Positions 35,217 to 43,537 of a stretch of 64,000 nt of DNA are shown here, in pieces. The translations under genes and the position numbers were made by a program. The stretch is from Candidatus Kaiserbacteria bacterium (GTDB taxonomy: Bacteria; Patescibacteriota; Minisyncoccia; Phycocordibacterales; UBA918). The stretch covers positions 128,747-192,746 of the forward strand of contig JAHQWD010000002.1 in assembly GCA_019634005.1 (NCBI GenBank). Reading direction: 5' to 3'. The notes beneath the pieces are model-generated. The model was given only the letters and a program-made list of their open reading frames with translations, was not told the DNA's origin and did not search any database. Position 1 is the first letter of the stretch. Each line of letters begins with the position of its first letter.

Positions 35217-35396
35217 ATGAGTCGATTCATCAACTATATCAATGATACAAGAGCAGAACTCAAACACGTGTCATGGCCAACAGGAAAACAGTCAGTAACT
35301 GCAACTATTCTTGTGGTACTTATCTCCATCTTCGTGGCCATCTTTACTGGCGCGCTTGATTATCTCTTTGCGCAAGTGCTCACCCTCTTTATCTAA
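35217..35396 (+). CDS. secE: Preprotein translocase subunit SecE
   Basis: 59 aa, single TM, immediately upstream of nusG. Start at the internal ATG of ORF 35157..35396. Confidence 0.7.
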   Translation: MSRFINYINDTRAELKHVSWPTGKQSVTATILVVLISIFVAIFTGALDYLFAQVLTLFI

Positions 35397-35414
35397 CTAA
35401 CGTCTTAACTATAT

Positions 35415-35960
35415 ATGGCAAAGCAACATACAGACGGAATGCGTCACTGGTACGCAATTCACACATACTCTGGATATGAGAACGCGGTAGCACGTAATCT
35501 CAAGCAACGTATCGACTCACTTGGTATGCAGGACAAGATTTTTGATGTCGTGGTGCCAACCGAAAAGAAGATTCGCGTGAAAGGAGGGAAGCGTGTGACT
35601 GAAGAGGAGCGTGTGTACCCAGGGTATGTCCTTGTGGACATGATCGTAACTGACGAATCATGGTACGTAGTGCGTAATACACCACGTGTAACTGGATTCG
35701 TGGGAAGTGGGACACAGCCTGTACCACTTTCACAAGAAGAGCTTGATTCACTCATGAATCGTATGCATGCAGAAACACCGAAGCATAAGGTGGATCTTGC
35801 AATTGACGACATCGTTATGATCGTTGATGGTCCGTTTAAGGAGCTTGAAGGGAAGGTTGGCGAAGTAGATGAAGAACACGGAAAGGTGAAGGTACTGGTC
35901 TCAATGTTTGGTCGAGAGACACCTGTAGAATTGGACTTCCTTCAGGTAAAGAAGGTCTAA
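35415..35960 (+). CDS. nusG: Transcription termination/antitermination factor NusG
   Basis: NGN domain (WYAIHTYSGYE) and a C-terminal KOW motif. Confidence 0.85.
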   Translation: MAKQHTDGMRHWYAIHTYSGYENAVARNLKQRIDSLGMQDKIFDVVVPTEKKIRVKGGKRVTEEERVYPGYVLVDMIVTDESWYVVRNTPRVTGFVGSGTQPVPLSQEELDSLMNRMHAETPKHKVDLAIDDIVMIVDGPFKELEGKVGEVDEEHGKVKVLVSMFGRETPVELDFLQVKKV

Positions 35961-36036
35961 CCTTGCGAAGGATCGCGGTATCGTGTAGTATTCCCGCACT
36001 GTTACGCGAGCTTCACACATAGCAATTACAGCAAAT

Positions 36037-36462
36037 ATGGCAAAAGAATTACTCAACAAAATTAAGGTACAGGCAGTTGGTGGAAAGGCAACACCAGCGC
36101 CTCCTCTTGGACCAATCCTTGGTCAGGCAGGTATTAATATCGGAGAGTTCGTTAACCAGTTTAACGAGCAGACTCGTGACCGCATGGGAGAGGTGGTGCC
36201 AGTAGAGATCAGTATTTACGAAGATCGAAGCTTTGACTTCATCGTAAAGACGTCTCCAGCATCACGCCTTATCCTTAAGAAAATTGGAAAGCCGAAAGGA
36301 TCTGGAAAGAACCTTGTCTCAAAGGCTGGTGAAATCACCAAGGCACAGATCAAGGAGATCGCAGAAGAGAAAATGCAGGATCTTTCTGCAAACGACATCG
36401 ACGCTGCGATGAAAATCATCGAAGGAACCTGTCGTTCAATGGGCGTTCACGTAGTGGACTAG
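36037..36462 (+). CDS. rplK: 50S ribosomal protein L11
   Basis: MAKELLNKIKVQAVGGKATPAPPLGPILGQAGINI is the canonical L11 N-terminus. Confidence 0.9.
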   Translation: MAKELLNKIKVQAVGGKATPAPPLGPILGQAGINIGEFVNQFNEQTRDRMGEVVPVEISIYEDRSFDFIVKTSPASRLILKKIGKPKGSGKNLVSKAGEITKAQIKEIAEEKMQDLSANDIDAAMKIIEGTCRSMGVHVVD

Positions 36463-36476
36463 CCATAACCTCTCAC

Positions 36477-36507
36477 AAAACCCCGCATATGCGGGGTTTT
36501 GTGTTTT
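36477..36507 (+). terminator. Rho-independent terminator directly after rplK
   Basis: Perfect palindrome ccccgcatatgcgggg followed by ttttgtgttttt. Confidence 0.65.
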
Positions 36508-36570
36508 TCAATATATGTGGTATAAAAGTCGCTGGTTTGGAGTAGAGAAACAAAAACAGGAGTTCTTTTA

Positions 36571-37230
36571 ATGGAAGATATTACGGTCAAGGAGAATGAG
36601 TGGGGAGACCTGTGTTCATGTGTTGAAGTTGAGGCACGAAAAGGTAGAGGGAAAAAACGAGTGAAACAGGTCGTTTTGATTCTCCGACTCGATCCTTGCG
36701 GGGACCAGGTTGGCCTGTACCATTCCGGCGATGCCAGCTGTGGTAAGTATACGTTGCCGCAGGGATGTGTCATTCAGAAGGACTACAAAAAAGCACGTGA
36801 TCCAAGGATCCCAGCTGATATCCTTCGTCTTGCCACTGAGCGTGTGCTTAGACAGAAGCTTGACGTTTCTGTTACAGAGATGTATTACCTTGCCTCGTTT
36901 CGGTGTGAAAAACCAGATCGTGTCGTGAGCGACAATATCGAAGTGGTGGATTATCACGTGATGATCACTATTGCTCGAGAACACAAGACGAGTCCTCAGA
37001 AGGAAGGGAGCAAACACCAGTGGCTCCACGTATCGCATCTCGAGAGCATCTTCGGTAACGATGTCGACCATCAGTTCATGAGCAAACAGAAGAAGGATAT
37101 GATTCTTTCTGCTCTGAAACGGTTTGCAGCGAAAAGCGATGAGCTCCTTGACTGTGTGCATCCGAGACTTCGGCACGCGTCTTGGATAAGGCGCTTCAGG
37201 GAGCTGAACGATTCCGTGAAGGCAGCGTAG
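36571..37230 (+). CDS. Hypothetical protein with a degenerate Nudix-like N-terminal region (GKYTLPQG) and several Cys. No intact Nudix box.
   Basis: 219-aa ORF. The GxWxxPGG-like segment lacks REx2EE. Weak evidence. Confidence 0.3.
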   Translation: MEDITVKENEWGDLCSCVEVEARKGRGKKRVKQVVLILRLDPCGDQVGLYHSGDASCGKYTLPQGCVIQKDYKKARDPRIPADILRLATERVLRQKLDVSVTEMYYLASFRCEKPDRVVSDNIEVVDYHVMITIAREHKTSPQKEGSKHQWLHVSHLESIFGNDVDHQFMSKQKKDMILSALKRFAAKSDELLDCVHPRLRHASWIRRFRELNDSVKAA

Positions 37231-37254
37231 CTACGAATCTTCCTCTTTAAAACA

Positions 37255-37284
37255 CCGGCGGGACGTATTCCGCCGGTTTTTGCT
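37255..37284 (+). terminator. Rho-independent terminator
   Basis: ccggcgggacgtattccgccgg followed by tttttg. Confidence 0.55.
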
Positions 37285-37340
37285 TGCAAAAATATTCTTT
37301 GTATAGTTAGATTCATACAGTTTGTGATAAGGAGATTAAA

Positions 37341-37742
37341 ATGAAAGTCTATGTTGGTATGGGGCTCACAAATGCCCCGAAAGCATTCCGAGACATCTTT
37401 AATGGTGAATTCAAGGATATGCTCCGTGCCGTTCCCGATGTTAAGGTTCTCGATTTCATTGGCCTTGAAAATGGTACTGAGGAGGATGTGTACCTCCATG
37501 ACCGTAAGTGTACTGAGGAAGCAGACCTTTGCATCTTCATTTGCGACCATCCTTCAATTGGTCTCGGCATGGAGATTGCATTCCGTCTTTTCGCTCGGCG
37601 TCCGATGAAATGCTTTGTGCGCTCAGACGTCAAGATCACTCGCATGGTGACTGGTATGTGTAAGGTTGAAGGGGTTGTGTTGCACCGATATGTAACTCCT
37701 AAGGACATTATTCGCACATGTTTTCCTGCCGAAACTGTGTGA
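37341..37742 (+). CDS. Nucleoside 2-deoxyribosyltransferase-like (NDT/LOG-like Rossmann) protein
   Basis: MKVYVGMGL N-terminus and EADLCIFICDHPSIGLGMEIAF parallel the NDT pattern aDavva.ldg.D.GTafEiGya. Confidence 0.4.
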   Translation: MKVYVGMGLTNAPKAFRDIFNGEFKDMLRAVPDVKVLDFIGLENGTEEDVYLHDRKCTEEADLCIFICDHPSIGLGMEIAFRLFARRPMKCFVRSDVKITRMVTGMCKVEGVVLHRYVTPKDIIRTCFPAETV

Positions 37743-37756
37743 AGAAGATGATGATC

Positions 37757-38236
37757 CTACTTCTCCAAAGTGAACCACTCATAAGAGAGACCGTCTTGGT
37801 CTCTCTTTTCTTTTTTAATAACATTTGTGAATGTATCATACTCTGGGAAAAAGGTATCTGCCTCAGGATCCTCAGCATCAATGATTGTGAGATAGAGTCT
37901 GTCAGTATAGGGAAGTGCCATCTCGTAAATCTGTGCACCACCGAAGATAAATATCTCATCAGCACCTTCAGATTCCTTTGCTTTTTCAAGGGCTTCTTCC
38001 AGAGAGGTTGTCACAATACACCCTTCAGCTTCATATGAAGGATCTCTCGTGACAACGATATTGGTTCGGTTGGGAAGAGGGCGTCCAATGGACTCATAGG
38101 TCTTCCTTCCCATAACGATCGGGTGTCCAGTAGTCAGATCTTTTACCCGCTTTAAATCATCAGAAATACGCCAAATGAGGTCTCCATTCTTTCCTAATTC
38201 CCGATTCTTACCAATTGCAGCAATAATGCCAATCAT
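37757..38236 (-). CDS. folA: Dihydrofolate reductase
   Basis: MIGIIAAIGKNRELGKNGDLIW…VMGRKTYESIG are canonical DHFR motifs. Confidence 0.9.
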   Translation of the reverse strand: MIGIIAAIGKNRELGKNGDLIWRISDDLKRVKDLTTGHPIVMGRKTYESIGRPLPNRTNIVVTRDPSYEAEGCIVTTSLEEALEKAKESEGADEIFIFGGAQIYEMALPYTDRLYLTIIDAEDPEADTFFPEYDTFTNVIKKEKRDQDGLSYEWFTLEK

Positions 38237-38301
38237 GCGGGAATTATGCCATAGATAGGCACGTGTGTCTTTTTGTGCAACTGGAGTGAGAGCGGTATAC
38301 T

Positions 38302-38982
38302 ATGCTCACTATGGCACACTACGAAGTAGAGATAAAAAGTTTGTTGGGCTCAAAAGAGAATGCAGAAGCGCTGAAAACACAGATGTGTGAGAAAGATCCT
38401 GCGTGTAACTTGGTCTCACAGAATAAGCAACTCAACCACTATTTCGAGGGAGGAGATATCAATACACTCTATGAAAAGGTTGAACATCTGTTTAATGAAG
38501 AAGATAAAGAAAAGCTCAAGCACGTCATTGAAGCAGGGAAGAGCTACTCTATCCGCTCACGACAGAAGGACGAGAACATCTATCTGGTCGTGAAGGCGTC
38601 TGTTGACGAAGGAAGTAGTGCAAATACGGTTTCTCGTTTGGAGTTTGAAGAGGAGGTGAACATTTCCCTCGATGAACTCGACAAACTACTCCTTGATGCA
38701 AGCTTCACGTATCAGGCAAAGTGGTCTCGTGAACGTGAGGAATATGAGTACAAGGGAGTGAACGTGTGTCTTGATAAGAATGCGGGGTATGGATATCTTG
38801 CAGAGTTTGAGAAGGTCTTCGATGACGAAGATGTGAACGAGGCACGCAAGGAACTTGATGTGCTTATGGCTGAACTTGGGGTAGTGGAGTTACCGCAAGA
38901 TCGTCTCGAGCGCATGTTCGCACACTATAATGCGAATTGGGAGGATTATTACGGGACGGATAAGACATTTACCATAGACTAG
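38302..38982 (+). CDS. CYTH-domain protein (triphosphate tunnel metalloenzyme / CyaB-like)
   Basis: YEVEIKSLL matches the CYTH ExExK signature. Acidic residues lie later in the beta-strands. Confidence 0.5.
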   Translation: MLTMAHYEVEIKSLLGSKENAEALKTQMCEKDPACNLVSQNKQLNHYFEGGDINTLYEKVEHLFNEEDKEKLKHVIEAGKSYSIRSRQKDENIYLVVKASVDEGSSANTVSRLEFEEEVNISLDELDKLLLDASFTYQAKWSREREEYEYKGVNVCLDKNAGYGYLAEFEKVFDDEDVNEARKELDVLMAELGVVELPQDRLERMFAHYNANWEDYYGTDKTFTID

Positions 38983-38983
38983 T

Positions 38984-39553
38984 ATGTTTCTTTCAGACAA
39001 AGACATTTTAGCGGAAGTAAAAGAAGGGAATATTACCCTAGAGCCTTTTAGTAAAAAACAGCTACAGCCTGCAACGTATGATATTCGTCTTGGTAACACG
39101 TTCATCGTAAACGATGTGCACTCTACAAAAGCAATTGATCCTGCAAAGGGAGTGTATCCGCAGACACAGACTATCGAGGTGGCTGACGGAAAGGAGTTCG
39201 TACTCCATCCAGGGGTAAGTATCCTTGGGTACTCTAAAGAGAAGTTTGGATCGGATCAGTACCTCATTGAGGTGAATGGAAAATCTAGTCTTGCACGCAT
39301 TGGACTTATCGTGCACAACTCTGCGAGCATTGTGAATCCAGGGCACTATCTCAACATCGCACTTGAGCTCTGTAATCTCAACAATGTTCCGATCGTACTT
39401 CGTCCTGGGATGCAGATTGCACAATTGTCATTCTCGACACTCTCCTCACACACAAAGCAGAACTATCGACAAACGGGGCGCTACAGTAAGAATAACTTTG
39501 CGTCATACGTACCACCAAAAGCAAAGAAAAAGGTAGCTAAGAAGAAAAAATAA
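38984..39553 (+). CDS. dcd: dCTP deaminase with a Lys-rich C-terminal tail
   Basis: MFLSDKDIL…PATYDIRLG matches the Dcd/dUTPase fold. Tail KAKKKVAKKKK. Confidence 0.8.
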   Translation: MFLSDKDILAEVKEGNITLEPFSKKQLQPATYDIRLGNTFIVNDVHSTKAIDPAKGVYPQTQTIEVADGKEFVLHPGVSILGYSKEKFGSDQYLIEVNGKSSLARIGLIVHNSASIVNPGHYLNIALELCNLNNVPIVLRPGMQIAQLSFSTLSSHTKQNYRQTGRYSKNNFASYVPPKAKKKVAKKKK

Positions 39554-39554
39554 T

Positions 39555-40574
39555 ATGAGCGATACACGACATCCAGAATATCAATATCTCGATCTCTGCC
39601 AGGACATCCTCGATAATGGTGCGGATAAGGAATTGTTCTTCAATGATGTCGTACTTAAAGAATACGAAGAAAAAGGGGAGAAACCTCCATTCATTCGTTC
39701 AGTGTTTGGACGACAGATCCGTTTTGATCTGTCTGATGGTTTCCCGCTCCTTACAACTAAGAAGACATTCTGGCGCGGTATCACCACAGAACTACTCTGG
39801 TTCCTCTCAGGAAGTTCCAACCTCAAGCCACTGGTGGATATGAACAACCATATCTGGGACGAGTGGGCATGGAAGATGTATCACATGTGGGCAGAAGAAC
39901 ATGCTCCTGAAGAAGATATGACACAAGAAGAGTTCATTGCAAAAATCCAAGAGCTCCCTGAAGAAGATCCATTCGTACAAAAGTGGGGAGACCTTATTAC
40001 GATCTATGGCCGCATGTGGCGACGGTGGCCAGCGAAAGATGGACGCGAAATAGATCAGCTTGGGTGGGTTATTGAAGGATTGAAAACAAAACCAGATCGA
40101 AAGTCGTATGTAGTCTCTGCGTGGAATCCAGATTTCATTTACGCGATGGCGTCAGAGGGGCAGAAGTCTCATGTGCCACCGTTCTGTCACACCATGTTCC
40201 AGTTCCAGGTTGCAAATGGGAAGTTAAATCTTGGTCTCTATCAGCGTTCGGCAGACCTTTTCCTCGGAGTGCCGTTTAATATTGCAAGTTACGCACTGCT
40301 TCTTAAGATGGTGTCACAGGTTGTCGGTATCCCACCAGGAGAGTTTGTGCATTCATTTGGAGATGTCCATATTTATTCAAATCACTTTGATCAGGTGAAA
40401 GAGCAGCTCTCACGAGAACCACTTCCATTCCCTGAAGTAAAGCTCAATCCAGACGTTAAGAATATCGACGACTTTACCCTTGAGGATATTACACTCGAGA
40501 ACTATGAGTCACACCCTCCACTTCGAGCTGAAATTGCAAACATTGGTGGTTTTGAAGAGAAGAAGAAATCATAA
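39555..40574 (+). CDS. thyA: Thymidylate synthase (ThyA, long form with insertions)
   Basis: R.FG.QIRFDL…FPLLTTKK…W.ELLWFL and catalytic CHT(M)FQF. Confidence 0.9.
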   Translation: MSDTRHPEYQYLDLCQDILDNGADKELFFNDVVLKEYEEKGEKPPFIRSVFGRQIRFDLSDGFPLLTTKKTFWRGITTELLWFLSGSSNLKPLVDMNNHIWDEWAWKMYHMWAEEHAPEEDMTQEEFIAKIQELPEEDPFVQKWGDLITIYGRMWRRWPAKDGREIDQLGWVIEGLKTKPDRKSYVVSAWNPDFIYAMASEGQKSHVPPFCHTMFQFQVANGKLNLGLYQRSADLFLGVPFNIASYALLLKMVSQVVGIPPGEFVHSFGDVHIYSNHFDQVKEQLSREPLPFPEVKLNPDVKNIDDFTLEDITLENYESHPPLRAEIANIGGFEEKKKS

Positions 40575-40642
40575 TGGTATACTGTGCGTATGATCTAACG
40601 TAGTAAAAGCAGCATATTACCCAACCACTAACTGTTTTAACT

Positions 40643-41905
40643 ATGTACGACTACATCAAAAACCAAGATACCGATATCTTCTCTGCACTCGAAGGAGAAG
40701 AAAAGCGCGAAGCTGAAGGCATAGAGCTGATTCCAAGTGAAAACTATGTCTCTCGTGCAGTGCGTGAGGCAAACGGTTCTGTCTTTACAAACAAATATTC
40801 TGAAGGATACCCAGGAAAGCGGTACTACGGAGGACAAGATTATACAGACGAAGTAGAGCGCATTGCTATAGAGCGCGCGAAGGAACTCTTTAACTGTAAG
40901 TTTGCGAACGTGCAGCCACTCTCTGGCGCACCTGCGAATGTCGCCATGTATTTTGCACTTATGGAGCCAGGAGATACGGTGCTTGGTATGGATCTCTCAC
41001 ACGGTGGACACCTGACACATGGACATCCAACCACATGGATTAACAAGATCTTCAATTTTGTTCGATACAAGATGAAGGATACTGAAACAGGGGAGATAGA
41101 CTATGAAGCACTCCGTGAGGTGGCGCTCAGAGAAAAACCAAAGATTATTCTTGCAGGGTTCTCTGCATATAGTCGGGAGCTGGATTACGCAAAGTTTGTA
41201 GAAATTGCAAAAGAAGTTGGTGCGTACACAGTGGCAGACATGGCGCATGTTGCAGGACTGATTGCAGGAGGAGTCCTCCGTAATCCATTTGAAGATGGAT
41301 TTGATGTCATTACCACCACCACACACAAAACACTTCGTGGTCCTCGCGGCGGTATGATCCTGACTCGAGAGAATGAAGAAATTGCAAAAAAAATAGACAA
41401 GGCAGTCTTTCCTGGACTTCAAGGAGGGCCGCATATGAATGTTATTGCCGCGAAGGCGGTTGCATTTGGTGAGGCACTGACACCAGCATTTAAGGAGTAT
41501 GCAACGCAAGTGCTTAAAAATGCAAAAGCCATGGAAGCGGTCTTTAAGAAAGAGAACATCCGCATGCTTGGCGGGGGAACGGACAATCACCTGATTCTTG
41601 CTGATGTGTTCGGATCGCTTGGTGTCACTGGACAAGAGGCGGAGACAGTCTTGGATGCTGTAGGCATTACACTTAACAAGAACATGATCGCAGATGAGTC
41701 ACGCACTGCGATGGATCCATCAGGGATCCGCTTCGGAACACCTGCAATGACCACACGTGGTATGAAAGAGGAAGAGGCAACACGTATTGCAGAGATTATG
41801 ATTGCAGCGATGCGAGAAAAAGATAATGAAGAGAGGCTGTCTGTGTTGAAAGAAGAAGTGAAGAAATTGTGCCTCACGTTTCCTGTACCAGAATCCTTTG
41901 TCTAA
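40643..41905 (+). CDS. glyA: Serine hydroxymethyltransferase
   Basis: Active-site TTTTHKTLRGPRGG and SHGGHLTHG. Confidence 0.9.
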   Translation: MYDYIKNQDTDIFSALEGEEKREAEGIELIPSENYVSRAVREANGSVFTNKYSEGYPGKRYYGGQDYTDEVERIAIERAKELFNCKFANVQPLSGAPANVAMYFALMEPGDTVLGMDLSHGGHLTHGHPTTWINKIFNFVRYKMKDTETGEIDYEALREVALREKPKIILAGFSAYSRELDYAKFVEIAKEVGAYTVADMAHVAGLIAGGVLRNPFEDGFDVITTTTHKTLRGPRGGMILTRENEEIAKKIDKAVFPGLQGGPHMNVIAAKAVAFGEALTPAFKEYATQVLKNAKAMEAVFKKENIRMLGGGTDNHLILADVFGSLGVTGQEAETVLDAVGITLNKNMIADESRTAMDPSGIRFGTPAMTTRGMKEEEATRIAEIMIAAMREKDNEERLSVLKEEVKKLCLTFPVPESFV

Positions 41906-41946
41906 AGGTCTGAGATGGGGTATAGTGCGCATGGAAGGAGTCAAAA

Positions 41947-42117
41947 ATGCAAAATTCAAAAAAGTTACCTGAGGAGTCATACCCGATTCGCTCGGGAGAT
42001 GGTTTGTATTACCGAGCGGATCTAACAGAGGGACACCCACAACAAGTCCCTCAGAGAACACTTCCTCGTCGAGTGGCGAGAGTTTCAAAAGAAGGAGAAA
42101 AGCATGGCTGAGGAGAA
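41947..42117 (+). CDS. Possible 56-aa small protein, translationally coupled to the downstream YHS-like gene
   Basis: aaggag SD 8 nt upstream. The stop overlaps the next start (ATGGCTGA). Not in the provided ORF track (below 60 aa). Confidence 0.25.
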
Positions 42118-42340
42118 TTGTGCCTCTTGCGGAGTTTCTATCCCGCTCTATGGGATCGGTCATCCATTCGTTATTCCTCCTGTAGATAGAGGGCGCATGA
42201 GATTCTTCTGTTCTTCGGCGCATATGGAAGCATTCCAAAAAGAACAACAGGAGATTGACCCGTGCACTGGTTGGCCAAAAGATCTGACCCAAGTGTCGGT
42301 TCGGGATGAAGATGGGCATCGTCGTTTTTGTCCATTGTGA
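42104..42340 (+). CDS. Small YHS/TRASH-like metal-binding domain protein
   Basis: CASCG…(22)…FFCSSAHMEAF fits the TRASH/YHS C-x2-C…FCS-x2-H/C pattern. Confidence 0.4.
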   Translation: MAEENCASCGVSIPLYGIGHPFVIPPVDRGRMRFFCSSAHMEAFQKEQQEIDPCTGWPKDLTQVSVRDEDGHRRFCPL

Positions 42341-42391
42341 TCGACAGTGTTATACAGACACTGAATATTTTGTCATGAGTACATAGAAATG

Positions 42392-42418
42392 GGCCGCTCT
42401 GCAGGGCGGCCTTTTCAT
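42392..42418 (+). terminator. Rho-independent terminator
   Basis: ggccgctctgcagggcggcc followed by ttttc. Confidence 0.5.
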
Positions 42419-42440
42419 ATGGTGGTACAATACCAACACA

Positions 42441-43523
42441 ATGTTCCAAAACTTTCAAAAGCTCATTCGAAAACATAAGAAACACTGGCTTACTATTGCT
42501 TTTGTGCTGGGATTTGTGGTGGACAACATCACACTCAATCGGGTTGATCAGTTGTTTGATAACTTTGTACTGACATCGTATGTACTTCTCGCTATGGGGA
42601 GTCTCCTCCTTCTTTATGCTGGTGCAGCAGAAAAGCTTCCAGAGAGAATGGCGCTTAAAGCACGAGACTATGCACCACTTGTTGCACAATATGCATTTGG
42701 AGGTCTCTTCTCAGGCATGCTCATCTTCTATGGACGTGCGGGATCCTGGTATGAAAGTTGGCCGTTCCTTCTTGTTATCCTAGCAGTGATCTTTGGAAAC
42801 GAGATGATTCGAGAGCGTTCGCAGCGATTGATCTTCAACCTCTCCGTCCTTTTCATCGGCATGTTTTCATATATTGTCCTTTTGATACCAGTGATACTCG
42901 GGAAGATGGGAGCACTTATCTTCATAGGAAGTGGTTTCCTCGCACTTATTATCATGTACTGGTATGTAAAGACGCTTCGGAGAATTGTCCCAAAGTTTAT
43001 TGCACTCCATCAACGAGCGATCGTATTTTCGATTGGATTCATATTTGCACTTTTTAATATCCTCTACTTCACCAATGTTATTCCGCCGATACCACTTTCA
43101 CTCAAAGAAATCGGTATTTATCACAGTGTGGTGAAGTTTGAAACAGGAGAGTATCGACTGACATATCAAGAACCACCGTGGTGGGCATTCCTGAGAGATT
43201 CTGACACGGAGTTCCATATAGATGACGGTGGAAATATATTCTGTTTTGCTGCAGTTTTTGCACCAACGCGTCTTTCTACTGAAATCTACCATCAATGGCA
43301 GTATTATAATCCGAAGACAGAAGAGTGGGAGGATTACTCAAGACTCTCGTACTCTATTGCGGGAGGAAGAGATGGTGGTTTCCGTGGGTATACGCTGATC
43401 AGCAACTATCAGGAGGGGAAGTGGCGTTGTGTCGTGGAGACTGGTCGAGGACAGGTACTCGGAAGTACAGTCTTTGACGTTGTGCCAGGAGTGTCTTCGA
43501 ACCTCGTGACAAGAGTGGAATAA
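42441..43523 (+). CDS. Hypothetical membrane protein: N-terminal polytopic domain (~6 TM) plus C-terminal soluble domain
   Basis: 360-aa ORF with TM helices in the first ~200 aa. Confidence 0.45.
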   Translation: MFQNFQKLIRKHKKHWLTIAFVLGFVVDNITLNRVDQLFDNFVLTSYVLLAMGSLLLLYAGAAEKLPERMALKARDYAPLVAQYAFGGLFSGMLIFYGRAGSWYESWPFLLVILAVIFGNEMIRERSQRLIFNLSVLFIGMFSYIVLLIPVILGKMGALIFIGSGFLALIIMYWYVKTLRRIVPKFIALHQRAIVFSIGFIFALFNILYFTNVIPPIPLSLKEIGIYHSVVKFETGEYRLTYQEPPWWAFLRDSDTEFHIDDGGNIFCFAAVFAPTRLSTEIYHQWQYYNPKTEEWEDYSRLSYSIAGGRDGGFRGYTLISNYQEGKWRCVVETGRGQVLGSTVFDVVPGVSSNLVTRVE

Positions 43524-43537
43524 TTCGCTACATTTCT

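Noticed and set aside
41720-42319. 199-aa minus-strand ORF
   Set aside because: It overlaps the SD-preceded small ORF pair on the plus strand and the 3' end of glyA. No features.
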